Shown: one piece after another, positions 1-9,032 of the stretch | How positions within the stretch are numbered: position 1 is the stretch's first letter | Layout of the letters: each line of letters starts with the position of its first letter | Origin: a bacterium | Lineage (GTDB): Bacteria; UBP7; UBA6624 | DNA: 32,000 bases | Direction: 5' to 3' | Assembly: GCA_002716355.1 (NCBI GenBank) | Contig: PBAU01000003.1 | Coordinates: forward strand, 300,001-332,000 | Program-made: the position numbers and the translations under genes | Notes under the pieces: generated by a model | The model's input: only the letters and a program-made list of their open reading frames with translations | The model's database searches: none | What the model was told of the DNA's origin: nothing

Positions 1-812
1 TGCATAATTCTGGAACCCTCCTGTTCCCCGCAATTAATGTGAATGATTCGGTAACTAAAAGTAAATTTGACAATATATACGGATGTAGGCACTCACTAGT
101 TGATTCATTAAACAGAGCAACGGATAATTTAATAAGCGGAAAAAAAGCTCTTGTTTGTGGATATGGCGATGTTGGAAAAGGTTCATGTGAATCATTATTA
201 GGTCAAAATGCTATTGTTGCAGTTGCTGAAATAGATCCAATATGTGCACTACAAGCCTGTATGAAGGGCCTAAGAGTAATGACTGTTGAAGAAGCTGTAA
301 AAGAAAATTTCGATATATTTGTAACAGCTACAGGTAACAAGGATATTATCAATGTTGAACATATGAGAAAAATGAAAACCAATTCAATAGTCTGCAATAT
401 AGGTCATTTTGACAATGAAATAGATATGGCTGGACTTGAAAAAATGCTAAAAGAAAAAAAGGCAAAAAAAGAAGAAATAAAAGAAAATGTTCACCTGTGG
501 AGCTTTGAAGAAGAAAAAACTTCAATAATAATACTCGCTGAAGGAAGGCTTGTTAATCTGTCTTGTGCTACAGGGCATCCCTCGTTAGTTATGTCATGCT
601 CATTTGCCAATCAGGTTTTAGCTCAAATTGACTTATTTAACAATAAGCATAAAATAGAAGTAACAACATTAAGCAAAAAATTAGATGAAAAAGTTGCACG
701 ACTACATATGAAACACTTTAATGCAAATCTCACAGAACTAACTGAAATTCAAGGAGAGTATATACAAGTTCCGATTGAAGGTCCATACAAATCAGAAGAA
801 TATCGCTATTAA
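1..812 (+). CDS. ahcY: S-adenosyl-L-homocysteine hydrolase (adenosylhomocysteinase), 5'-truncated by the window edge
   Basis: Frame 3 is open from nt 3 and reads [24 protein letters not shown], so the GTG at 39 in the ORF track is internal. Carries the NAD-binding [18 protein letters not shown] and [16 protein letters not shown] motifs typical of AhcY. Stop at 810-812. Confidence 0.95.
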   Translation, partial: HNSGTLLFPAINVNDSVTKSKFDNIYGCRHSLVDSLNRATDNLISGKKALVCGYGDVGKGSCESLLGQNAIVAVAEIDPICALQACMKGLRVMTVEEAVKENFDIFVTATGNKDIINVEHMRKMKTNSIVCNIGHFDNEIDMAGLEKMLKEKKAKKEEIKENVHLWSFEEEKTSIIILAEGRLVNLSCATGHPSLVMSCSFANQVLAQIDLFNNKHKIEVTTLSKKLDEKVARLHMKHFNANLTELTEIQGEYIQVPIEGPYKSEEYRY

Positions 813-814
813 AA

Positions 815-1819
815 ATGCATAAAAATGTTCTGATTACCGGCGGTTGCGGCTTTATCGGCAGTGCTTTTTTAAGAAAATTTGTACCAAAATACAAAAATAC
901 AAACTTTATAAACCTAGACTTATTAACATATGCCGGAAACAAAAAAAATGTTGAAAAAATAAAAAAGTTCAATAATTACAGATTCATACATGGCGACATA
1001 AGGGATAAAAAAAAATTAAAAAAAATTTTTAAAAATATTGATTCTGTTATTCATTTCGCTGCTGAATCTCATGTTGATAGATCTATAGACAATTCTGATG
1101 AATTCATAAAAACAAACATACTTGGAACACATTGTCTTCTTGAAGAGTCAAAAAGAAATAATGTTGCTAAATTTATTGCAATAAGCACTGATGAAGTCTA
1201 TGGATCTCTTTCAGAATCAGATAAAGCTAGTACAGAAAACGACAAACTTCAACCAAGATCGCCCTACTCTGCATCAAAAGCATCATCAGATCTTCTTTGT
1301 CTTTCATATCATGAAACATTTGGAATGCATGTATGCATTACTCGATGCTCAAACAATTATGGCCCATATCAATATCCGGAAAAATTAATACCTGTACTTA
1401 TCAAAAAAATATTAAACAATGAAAAGGTACCTATATATGGAGATGGAAAAAATATTAGAGATTGGATTCATGTTGATGATCACGTAGAAGCTATAGAAAA
1501 AATTTGGCAAAACGGATCTGCTGGAGAGATTTACAACATTGGAGGAGATTCTCCGAAAAGAAACTTGGAAATAGCAAAAAAAGTATTATATCTTTTAGAA
1601 AAAGATGAAAAGAATATTCAATTTGTAAAAGACAGACCCGGTCATGACTGGAGATACGAAGTTAATGATAAAAAAATAAAAACAAATCTAGGCTGGAAGC
1701 CAAAAATTGATTTTTTACAAGGTATTGAAGATACGGTTAAATGGTATATTGAAAATCAAGACTGGTGGAAACCTTTATTAAAAGAAGCAGGAGGAAGAAG
1801 GGGCTTAAAGAATGAATAG
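815..1819 (+). CDS. rmlB: dTDP-glucose 4,6-dehydratase (extended SDR family)
   Basis: N-terminal Rossmann motif LITGGCGFIGS, catalytic YSASK, and YGDGKNIRDWIHVDDH, typical of RmlB/RfbB. ATG lies 2 nt after the ahcY stop. No rmlA/C/D nearby. Confidence 0.9.
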   Translation: MHKNVLITGGCGFIGSAFLRKFVPKYKNTNFINLDLLTYAGNKKNVEKIKKFNNYRFIHGDIRDKKKLKKIFKNIDSVIHFAAESHVDRSIDNSDEFIKTNILGTHCLLEESKRNNVAKFIAISTDEVYGSLSESDKASTENDKLQPRSPYSASKASSDLLCLSYHETFGMHVCITRCSNNYGPYQYPEKLIPVLIKKILNNEKVPIYGDGKNIRDWIHVDDHVEAIEKIWQNGSAGEIYNIGGDSPKRNLEIAKKVLYLLEKDEKNIQFVKDRPGHDWRYEVNDKKIKTNLGWKPKIDFLQGIEDTVKWYIENQDWWKPLLKEAGGRRGLKNE

Positions 1820-2759
1820 AAAAAAAATAAGCAAACTTCTAGGAGCTCTTCTTTTAATAATATTCATTGGAACTGAAGCTTTCAAAAAGTGGGAGGGACT
1901 AGAAACAGCAGATGCACTTTACCTAACTGTAACAACGATAAGCACTGTCGGCAATGTTGCTGGACCTGAAACAAACCCAGGAAAACTCATAGGAATGCTT
2001 TTGATAATGAGTGGTCTTTCTGTTTTTTCACTTGTTGTTATAGAGACGACAAAAGCAATTTCAGATGGACATTTTCAGAAAATCTACAGGAGAGGAAAAA
2101 TGGAACAAACAATAAAAAAAACATCCAAACACGTCATAATATGCGGACTAGGAAGAATGGGTTCAAAAGTGATGGACGAGCTCCAAAAATCAAATAAAAA
2201 ATTTGTCATTGTTGAAAAAGATCAAAAAACAGTAGAGAGTCTCGAAAACCAAAACACTCTATATGTTTTAGGTGATGCAACAATTGATGAAGTTTTAATT
2301 AAGGCAGGTGTGGAAAAAGCTAGTGGGTTAATAGCATGCCTTGGATCTGATTCAGAAAATGTTTTCCTAACACTTGCAGCAAGGAACCTATCCCCAAAAA
2401 TATCGATAGTTGCTAGAGCTTTTTCAAAAGATGCTGTTGCAAGGCTTAATCAAGCTGGTGCAAACAAGGTTATATCTCCATTTGAGCTTATCGGACCATG
2501 GTTAGCAAGAGCTGTTAAAAATCCAGAAAAACACGATTTCTTAGAGATAATCACTAATTCAAGTTCCAAAAATCCAATACATGAATTAGAAGTTGGTTCA
2601 AATTACCTTAACAATAAAACAATATTCGAAAGCAATATAAGAGAAAAAGAAAAAGGAATAATTCTTGCCATAAGAAGAAAGGGCAAAACACATCTCAACC
2701 CATCTCCTGAATTCAAACTTAAAGAAAAAGATAAAATCTTCATACTGAAAGAAAACTAG
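1812..2759 (+). CDS. 2-TM pore-loop cation channel fused to RCK (TrkA-N plus TrkA-C) domains, MthK/Kch-like architecture, with a non-canonical selectivity filter
   Basis: TM1 (LLGALLLIIFIGTEAF), pore helix plus filter (ADALYLTVTTISTVGNVAGPE), TM2 (LIGMLLIMSGLSVFSLVVIE). Then a Rossmann VIICGLGRMGSKV (TrkA-N) and a C-terminal TrkA-C-like segment. ATG overlaps the rmlB stop by 8 nt. Confidence 0.8.
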   Translation: MNRKKISKLLGALLLIIFIGTEAFKKWEGLETADALYLTVTTISTVGNVAGPETNPGKLIGMLLIMSGLSVFSLVVIETTKAISDGHFQKIYRRGKMEQTIKKTSKHVIICGLGRMGSKVMDELQKSNKKFVIVEKDQKTVESLENQNTLYVLGDATIDEVLIKAGVEKASGLIACLGSDSENVFLTLAARNLSPKISIVARAFSKDAVARLNQAGANKVISPFELIGPWLARAVKNPEKHDFLEIITNSSSKNPIHELEVGSNYLNNKTIFESNIREKEKGIILAIRRKGKTHLNPSPEFKLKEKDKIFILKEN

Positions 2760-2760
2760 A

Positions 2761-3363
2761 TTGAAAAAAATACTTTTCGCAACACATTCAAAAGGTAAAA
2801 CAGAAGAATTTCAAAGGTTCATTAAAAATTGTAAAATTTTCTCTTTGAGTGATTTAGATTTGAAAGATATTCCTGAAGAAAATGGAAAAACATTTGAAGA
2901 AAATGCGCTTATTAAAGCAAATTATTGGCAAGATAAAATTGACCATTCATTTGTAATTGTTGCGGAAGACGCTGGAATAGAAGTTGATGCTATGAATGGA
3001 AAACCTGGGGTACATTCTGCAAGATATGCAAAAAATGATAAAGAAGCAAATCTAAAAATGCTTAAAGAGCTGAAGGATGTTCCAGAATGCAAGCGAGCAG
3101 CTAGATATGTTTCTGTCTTCGCGATAGTGCAGCATGGGGAACCAAACATTATTTGGAGATCAACATGCGAAGGTTCAATATTAAAAAAACCTTGCGGAAA
3201 TAAAGGCTTTGGCTATGATCCTATATTTTTCAGCAAATCCCTAAACAAAAGTTTTGGCAATGTTTCTCCTGAGCAAAAAGACACTGTGTCCCATAGGGGT
3301 AAAAATCTTAAAAAACTACAAAAATGGATAAATTTACAAACAACTAGCCAATCATCTTTCTGA
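2761..3363 (+). CDS. rdgB: dITP/XTP pyrophosphatase (Ham1/RdgB family non-canonical NTP pyrophosphatase)
   Basis: TTG start giving MKKILFATHSKGKTEEF, then FEENALIKA, AEDAGIEVDAMNGKPGVHSARY, GFGYDPIF and SHRG motifs of the RdgB/Ham1 family. Confidence 0.9.
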   Translation: MKKILFATHSKGKTEEFQRFIKNCKIFSLSDLDLKDIPEENGKTFEENALIKANYWQDKIDHSFVIVAEDAGIEVDAMNGKPGVHSARYAKNDKEANLKMLKELKDVPECKRAARYVSVFAIVQHGEPNIIWRSTCEGSILKKPCGNKGFGYDPIFFSKSLNKSFGNVSPEQKDTVSHRGKNLKKLQKWINLQTTSQSSF

Positions 3364-4405
3364 ATTTAGAAAAAATATCCAAGCTATCCAACGGTCCCGG
3401 ACTTGCTTCAGGATGAAATTGAATTGCCATTGCTGGTAGATTTTTATGAGCTATTCCCTCAACAGTATTATCATTTAAAGCTGTATGTGTTACATAAAGA
3501 TCAGTGTCTTTCAAGCTGTCTGGATCAACAGAATATCCATGGTTTTGAGTTGTTATAACAGCCTTACCAGTTGCACTCTCACAGACAGGATGATTTCCAC
3601 CTCTATGACCAAATTTTAACTTAAATGTGTTTCCTCCAAAAGCTAAAGCAAGAAGCTGATGCCCTAAACAAATTCCTAAATAAGGTTTTGACTCGGCAAG
3701 AATCTTTACGGTTTTTAAAATACTCCCAATTGCCTTTGGGTCACCTGGACCGGGACTCACAACAATTCCGTCAGGATTATCATTAAGAATATCCTCTGCT
3801 GATGTTGAATAAGGATACTGAACAACATTAAAACCTTCATCTAAAAGATAATTAATAATTGATTTTTTAACTCCAAGATCCAAAAGAGCCACAGTAGGAC
3901 CTTTACCCTTGTGCACAATCTTCTTTTTAGTGCTAACATCATGAACCAAATTTAAACTTTCAATAGGTGGTGAATCTTTTACAAGGCTCAAAAGCTTATC
4001 ACCATCTTGAATTGATGAGATTCCACCAGGAACAACACCTTTTGATCTTATTTTTTGAGTTAAAGATCTTGTATCTATTTCAGATATACCTGTGATGTTT
4101 TTGTCTTTTAGCCACTTATCTAAACCTTCTCTTTTTTCAGTTTCCAAGCCATGAAATTCTTTGATTATCAAACCTTTGGCAGCTTTGCAGTCAGATTCGT
4201 TAAACTCTTCTGACACTCCATAATTACCAATCATAGGATATGTAAAAGTGACAATCTGACCAGCATACGAAGGATCAGTCAAAACCTCTTGATAACCAGT
4301 CATATTAGTTGTAAATACGATTTCACCTAAAACAGTTCCTTTTTTACCTATGGCTAAACCTTCATAAACAGAACCATCATCAAGTGTTAAAAAAGCTTTA
4401 TCCAA
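3344..4405 (-). CDS. carA: carbamoyl-phosphate synthase small (glutamine amidotransferase) subunit
   Basis: N-terminus GEIVFTTNMTGYQEVLTDPSYAGQIVTFTYPMIGNYG. Class I GATase triad region with GICLGHQLL and FHPE. Its 3' end overlaps the rdgB 3' end by 20 nt (convergent). No carB in the window. Confidence 0.95.
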   Translation of the reverse strand: MDKAFLTLDDGSVYEGLAIGKKGTVLGEIVFTTNMTGYQEVLTDPSYAGQIVTFTYPMIGNYGVSEEFNESDCKAAKGLIIKEFHGLETEKREGLDKWLKDKNITGISEIDTRSLTQKIRSKGVVPGGISSIQDGDKLLSLVKDSPPIESLNLVHDVSTKKKIVHKGKGPTVALLDLGVKKSIINYLLDEGFNVVQYPYSTSAEDILNDNPDGIVVSPGPGDPKAIGSILKTVKILAESKPYLGICLGHQLLALAFGGNTFKLKFGHRGGNHPVCESATGKAVITTQNHGYSVDPDSLKDTDLYVTHTALNDNTVEGIAHKNLPAMAIQFHPEASPGPLDSLDIFSKFRKMIG

Positions 4406-5297
4406 AATGCCCTCCTTCGCTTAGGTATTTTATTATTGCCGCTCTTCCATACAAGCCCCAATTTACCTGATCAAAAATCAAGGATCTTTCATGCTTCAAA
4501 AGATCTGAAGATATATCAACACCAGGCATAACAGGACCTGGAGCCATCAGATACTGATTTTCATTTAAAGACTTTACTGTAATATCAGAATAAGATTTTA
4601 AAATTTCAGAATCTCCAGGATCCCATCTTTCAGACTGAGGTCTCAAAACATATAAAACATCAGAATGATTTTGTGCCTCCTGAAGAGTTTTAAAAGAATT
4701 TAATTTGCTTTCATAATTTGATGTTGGCAATAAAGACAAATCAACACCTAAAGATGGCCATAAGTTAATCAAAGAATGAGCTACTCTGCTATGCTCAACA
4801 TCCCCAATAATTGTTATTTTCTTACCATTTAAACCTATTGAATTCATTAAACAGAAAGTATCTCCAACCACTTGTGTTGGATGTTCACCTTTACCATCTC
4901 CTGCATTAACTATCCACATGTCGATATCGTTTAAAGCTTTAAGCTTAGATGGCAAAGATTCTTGAGATGATCTTAGAACAATACCATCCAATTCTAAAGA
5001 GTTTAAATTCAAGACAGTTTCTTCTAAAGATTCACCTTTGGTCAAAGAAGAGTTTTTAATATTGAAATCAATTGCCCTGCCACCCAATGCAAAAATCGCT
5101 TCATTAAAAGATGTTTTTGTTCTTGTTGACGGTTCTTGAAATATCAATGCTACAGTACCAACAGAATGATCGGATTTCAAACCCCGTAACAATTTGTTTT
5201 TACCAGTATTCTTTAGGTGTAAAGCCAAAGAAAATAAAAAATCTAATTTATCCTTATCTAAATCTTTAGAACTTACTAAACCTCTCAAATCAACCAA
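4398..5297 (-). CDS. pyrB: aspartate carbamoyltransferase catalytic subunit
   Basis: Motifs STRTKTSF (STRTR-type carbamoyl-phosphate site), [31 protein letters not shown] and a C-terminal [14 protein letters not shown] start overlaps the hppA stop; the 3' end overlaps the carA start by 8 nt. Confidence 0.9.
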   Translation of the reverse strand: MVDLRGLVSSKDLDKDKLDFLFSLALHLKNTGKNKLLRGLKSDHSVGTVALIFQEPSTRTKTSFNEAIFALGGRAIDFNIKNSSLTKGESLEETVLNLNSLELDGIVLRSSQESLPSKLKALNDIDMWIVNAGDGKGEHPTQVVGDTFCLMNSIGLNGKKITIIGDVEHSRVAHSLINLWPSLGVDLSLLPTSNYESKLNSFKTLQEAQNHSDVLYVLRPQSERWDPGDSEILKSYSDITVKSLNENQYLMAPGPVMPGVDISSDLLKHERSLIFDQVNWGLYGRAAIIKYLSEGGHFG

Positions 5298-7329
5298 TAA
5301 AAGGAGCTATAACCAAACTTACAACTGCCATTAACTTCAATAAAATATTCAAACTTGGACCCGCAGTATCCTTAAAGGGATCTCCAACGGTATCACCGAC
5401 AACAGCAGCCTTGTGAGCTTCTGAACCTTTTCCTCCATGTGCACCTTTTTCTATATATTTTTTTGCATTATCCCAAGCTCCACCTGAATTAGCCATAAAT
5501 ATAGCCATCATCACACCACTGGTTAAAGAACCAGCAAGTAATCCTCCTAACATTTCAGCTCCTCCAAGTTTTCCAACAAGAATTGGAGACAATATAGCAA
5601 GCAAGCCTGGGGCAACCATTTGCCTTAAAGCTCCTTGTGTTGAAATATCAACACAACTAGCATAATCTGCTTGAGCTTCTCCTTTTAGCAACCCTGGAAT
5701 TTCTTTAAATTGTCTTCTAACCTCTTCTACCATGTCGTATGCAGCTTTACCCACAGCTGTCATAGCCATTGAGGAAAACAAAAATGGCAACATTCCACCA
5801 AGAAGCATTCCTGCTAATGTTTGTGGGTTTGCAACATCCAAAACATTCAATTTTGCAGCAGCCATAAAGCCTGCGAACAATGCTAAACTTGTCAATGCAG
5901 CAGAACCTATCGCAAAACCTTTCCCTACAGCAGCAGTCGTGTTTCCAACAGCATCTAATTTGTCAGTTCTTTCTCTAACCTCTTTTGGTAAACCAGCCAT
6001 TTCTGCTATACCTCCAGCATTATCAGCTATAGGCCCATAAGCATCTACAGCTAGTTGGATACCAAGTGTTGCAAGCATACCAACAGCAGCTATAGCAATT
6101 CCATATAATCCCATCAATGAATTAGCTGTTATTATTCCTGCGCATATTGCAATCACTGGATATGCTGTACTAACCATACCAACAGATAAACCTGAGATTA
6201 TATTTGTTGCACTTCCGGTTAAAGAATCTTTTGCAATTCCTTGGGAAGGTTTTGTTTCATCACTTGTGTAATACTCAGTTAATTTTCCAACAGCTATACC
6301 TACGGCTAAACCAGAAACAACTGTCCAAAATATATTTTGACCATCATTTGTTGGAATCCATTTATGTGTTAAAAAGTAAGAGCTAGCAATAAATAAAATA
6401 CCGGCAGTCATGGAACCTTTATCTAAAGCATGTTGAGGATTTCCACCCTCTTCTGTTTTAACCATGAATGTTCCAATAACGCTACAAATAATACCTATTG
6501 AAGCAAATGCCAATGGCAGCATGACATGACCTAAAGTGTAATTTTGAATACCAAAAGCAAGAATCATAGCACCTATGATCGCACCTACATAAGATTCAAA
6601 AAGATCGGCTCCCATTCCAGCAACATCTCCAACATTGTCTCCAACATTGTCGGCAATAGTTGCAGGGTTTCTAGGATCATCTTCTGGGATATCCATTTCA
6701 ACCTTTCCAACCAAATCAGCACCTACATCAGCAGCTTTTGTATAAATCCCACCGCCAACTCTTGCAAATAAAGCAATTGAAGAAGCCCCTAACGAAAAGC
6801 CAATTAATATATTTACAGCTTGCTGTATATCACCTGAATAAACGCCTTTGAGCCAGCCGTAAAGAACTGCAATTCCAAATAATGCTATACCAACAACATT
6901 CATCCCCATAACAGATCCACCAGAAAAAGCAACTGAAAGAGCTTTATTTAAACCCTTTTGAGCAGAATAAGCTGTCCTGTAATTAGCGTCAGTAGCAACT
7001 CTCATACCTAAATAACCAGCTATCGCAGAACAAAAAGCACCAAAAACAAAAGGAATGACAATTTTCCAGTCACCTTCATTCAGACCATTGTATATAAACG
7101 CCAAGCTTGCACCAACAATTAAAACAAACCAAATAAGCAAGCTATATTCTCTTTTTAGGAACATCATTGCGCCATCTCTTATATGACCAGCGATTTCTTC
7201 CATTTTTTTATTATCAACTTTTACTGATTTAACTTTTTTAGACTGAGATAAAGCAAAACAAATTGCAAAAATACCAATATAAAGGGCATAAGCAGGTACA
7301 TTATCTACATAGTTATTTATGATTTCCAT
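5290..7329 (-). CDS. hppA: membrane-integral ion-translocating pyrophosphatase (M-PPase), K+-dependent sequence class
   Basis: 679 aa with many TM segments. Motifs [39 protein letters not shown] and [24 protein letters not shown] Shine-Dalgarno about 8 nt upstream of ATG 7329. Confidence 0.95.
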   Translation of the reverse strand: MEIINNYVDNVPAYALYIGIFAICFALSQSKKVKSVKVDNKKMEEIAGHIRDGAMMFLKREYSLLIWFVLIVGASLAFIYNGLNEGDWKIVIPFVFGAFCSAIAGYLGMRVATDANYRTAYSAQKGLNKALSVAFSGGSVMGMNVVGIALFGIAVLYGWLKGVYSGDIQQAVNILIGFSLGASSIALFARVGGGIYTKAADVGADLVGKVEMDIPEDDPRNPATIADNVGDNVGDVAGMGADLFESYVGAIIGAMILAFGIQNYTLGHVMLPLAFASIGIICSVIGTFMVKTEEGGNPQHALDKGSMTAGILFIASSYFLTHKWIPTNDGQNIFWTVVSGLAVGIAVGKLTEYYTSDETKPSQGIAKDSLTGSATNIISGLSVGMVSTAYPVIAICAGIITANSLMGLYGIAIAAVGMLATLGIQLAVDAYGPIADNAGGIAEMAGLPKEVRERTDKLDAVGNTTAAVGKGFAIGSAALTSLALFAGFMAAAKLNVLDVANPQTLAGMLLGGMLPFLFSSMAMTAVGKAAYDMVEEVRRQFKEIPGLLKGEAQADYASCVDISTQGALRQMVAPGLLAILSPILVGKLGGAEMLGGLLAGSLTSGVMMAIFMANSGGAWDNAKKYIEKGAHGGKGSEAHKAAVVGDTVGDPFKDTAGPSLNILLKLMAVVSLVIAPFIG

Positions 7330-7371
7330 TTTTAAAATCTCCTTTTTTTTAGAACCTAAACTTCAATTCTA

Positions 7372-8661
7372 CTATTTAAAAACTTTTTCTAACAACTCAT
7401 TAAGGGAATCAATTTTGATTCTGTCTTGCTTTCCAGTATCTCTATACCTAACAGTTACAGAATCGTCATTATTTGTATCGCCATCAACAGTAATACATAT
7501 GGGTGTCCCGATTTCATCCTCTCTATAATATCGCTTTCCAATCGAGCCTGAGATTTCGATTTTTTTCCTGTATGAGCTATGTAGCCTATCTTTAATTTCA
7601 ATGGCTTTTTCAGGCATTCCATCTTTCTTAACTAATGGAAGTATAGCAACCTGAATATTTGCAAGCTTTGGATTGATTTTAAGGATAATATGATTTGGAT
7701 CTGAAACATCAAGAGAATCACAAATAACTGCTAATAATGTTCTGTCGACCCCCGCTGAAGATTCAATTACAGATGGTACAAATTTACCTTTTTGAGGATC
7801 TGAAAGAGTTAAATTCTTTTTACTATGCTTCATATGTTGCTCCAGATCAAAAGAACCTCTATTTGCTATACCTTCTAACTCTTTTAAACCAAAAGGGAAA
7901 TCATATTCAACATCCCTGCACGAAGCAGCATAGTGAGCAAGCTCTTCCTTTCCATGATCTCTGAAATGCAATTTTGCACTATCCATACCTAAAGATTCAG
8001 TGTAGAAGGACATCCTTCTTGAACACCATTCTTCAAAAAAATCAGGAGCATCATCAGGATGGCAAAAAAATTCAATTTCCATTTGAGTAAATTCACGAAC
8101 CCTAAAAAGAAAATTTCTAGGAGTTATTTCATTTCTAAAAGATTTACCAATTTGAGCTATCCCAAAAGGAGCATTCATTCTTGAGTTTCTTGCAACATTA
8201 ATAGCATTAACAAAAATACCTTGAGCTGTTTCTGGCCTTAAATAAACCTGTTTTGCAGAATCTTCCATTGCTCCAATTTTTGTAGAAAGCATAAGATTGA
8301 ATTGACGAATATCAGTCCAATTCTTCTCTCCGCAATCAGGACAATTTTGATTTATGTCAATCTGATCTTCTCTATATCTTGATTTACAACTTTTGCAATC
8401 AACCATAGGGTCATGAAAGCCAGAAACATGCCCACTAGCTTGCCAGACTTCATTTCTCATCAATATTGAAGAATCAAAGCCAATTATATTTTCTTGATTT
8501 TCAACATTTTCATTCCACCAAATATTCTCAATTCTTCTTTTTAATTGAGCCCCATTTGGACCATAGTCATAACAACCTGACAAACCGCCGTAAATTTCAC
8601 TACTTTGGTTTATGAAACCCTTTCTTGTACAAAAAGATATAACCTCTGAAAGGTTAGGCAT
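7372..8661 (-). CDS. glyQS: glycine--tRNA ligase, single-chain alpha2 (GlyQS) type
   Basis: N-terminus CTRKGFINQSSEIYGGLSGCYDYGPNGAQLK, LRPETAQGIF, class II motifs FRNEITPR and SAGVDR, and a C-terminal anticodon-binding region. 429 aa, not the split GlyQ/GlyS type. Confidence 0.95.
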   Translation of the reverse strand: MPNLSEVISFCTRKGFINQSSEIYGGLSGCYDYGPNGAQLKRRIENIWWNENVENQENIIGFDSSILMRNEVWQASGHVSGFHDPMVDCKSCKSRYREDQIDINQNCPDCGEKNWTDIRQFNLMLSTKIGAMEDSAKQVYLRPETAQGIFVNAINVARNSRMNAPFGIAQIGKSFRNEITPRNFLFRVREFTQMEIEFFCHPDDAPDFFEEWCSRRMSFYTESLGMDSAKLHFRDHGKEELAHYAASCRDVEYDFPFGLKELEGIANRGSFDLEQHMKHSKKNLTLSDPQKGKFVPSVIESSAGVDRTLLAVICDSLDVSDPNHIILKINPKLANIQVAILPLVKKDGMPEKAIEIKDRLHSSYRKKIEISGSIGKRYYREDEIGTPICITVDGDTNNDDSVTVRYRDTGKQDRIKIDSLNELLEKVFK

Positions 8662-8664
8662 GGT

Positions 8665-9015
8665 TTATTTAGCTTTTGTTGCCTTGGCTTTTGTTGCCTT
8701 GGCTTTTGTCGCCTTGGCTTTTGTCGCTTTCTTTTTTGCGGTTGGTTTTGCCAAACCAGAAAGATTCAGCTTCTTCATTAACCTAGAAGATATCCTTGAG
8801 GCCTTATTTCTATGTATAACCCCTTTAGATGCTGAATGTGCAGCTAAAGAAACAGCCTCTCTCACAAAATCTGAAGAACTGTCTGACTTTGAATCAATAG
8901 CCTCTTGAGCCTTTCTCAAAGCAGATCTTAATTTAGATCTATGCTGTCTATTTAAATCTCTTCTTTCCAGAGCCTGTCTAGCCCTTTTATTTAAAGCACC
9001 AATTGGTTTTACCAT
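8665..9015 (-). CDS. rpsT: 30S ribosomal protein S20 with a C-terminal Lys/Ala/Thr repeat tail
   Basis: NKRARQALERRDLNRQHRSKLRSALRKAQEAI and AASKGVIHRNKASR match the S20 pattern. The C-terminus is AKKKATKAKATKAKATKAKATKAK. The stop lies 3 nt from the glyQS start. Confidence 0.8.
   Translation of the reverse strand: MVKPIGALNKRARQALERRDLNRQHRSKLRSALRKAQEAIDSKSDSSSDFVREAVSLAAHSASKGVIHRNKASRISSRLMKKLNLSGLAKPTAKKKATKAKATKAKATKAKATKAK
8674..8727. repeat. 15-bp in-frame tandem repeat (~3.6 copies) encoding the (KATKA)n tail of S20
   Basis: Plus strand: ttttgttgccttggc at 8674-8688 and identically at 8689-8703; ttttgtcgccttggc at 8704-8718 (one T>C); partial ttttgtcgc at 8719-8727. Confidence 0.9.
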
Positions 9016-9032
9016 TCCTCTATTGTAACTCC

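Noticed and set aside
815-1819. An orphan rmlB as a possible marker of a glycosylation or O-antigen cluster linked to the giant protein.
   Set aside because: There is no rmlA/C/D, glycosyltransferase or flippase gene in the window. The gene is 15 kb from the giant gene and separated from it by housekeeping genes.
4440-4560. The PyrB C-terminal motif reads [12 protein letters not shown] instead of the usual HP(L/A/G)P(x)NRGVEI, raising the question of an inactive paralog.
   Set aside because: The carbamoyl-phosphate and aspartate site motifs (STRT, R in VLRS, HPTQ, RV-HS, RPQSER) are intact, and the gene sits in a pyrB-carA pair. I treat this as lineage divergence. An alignment would be needed to say more.
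5732-6040. A 102-aa Ala/Pro-rich plus-strand ORF, plus others at 6204-6386 and 6544-6771, antisense to hppA.
   Set aside because: They are shadow ORFs of the Gly/Ala-rich M-PPase coding sequence. HppA motifs are unambiguous on the minus strand.
8612-8908. A plus-strand 98-aa ORF with a striking LAFVALAFVALAFVALAFV repeat.
   Set aside because: It is the antisense reading of the 15-bp repeat that encodes the S20 KATKA tail. The minus-strand frame has a clear S20 signature, and this ORF also overlaps the glyQS start.
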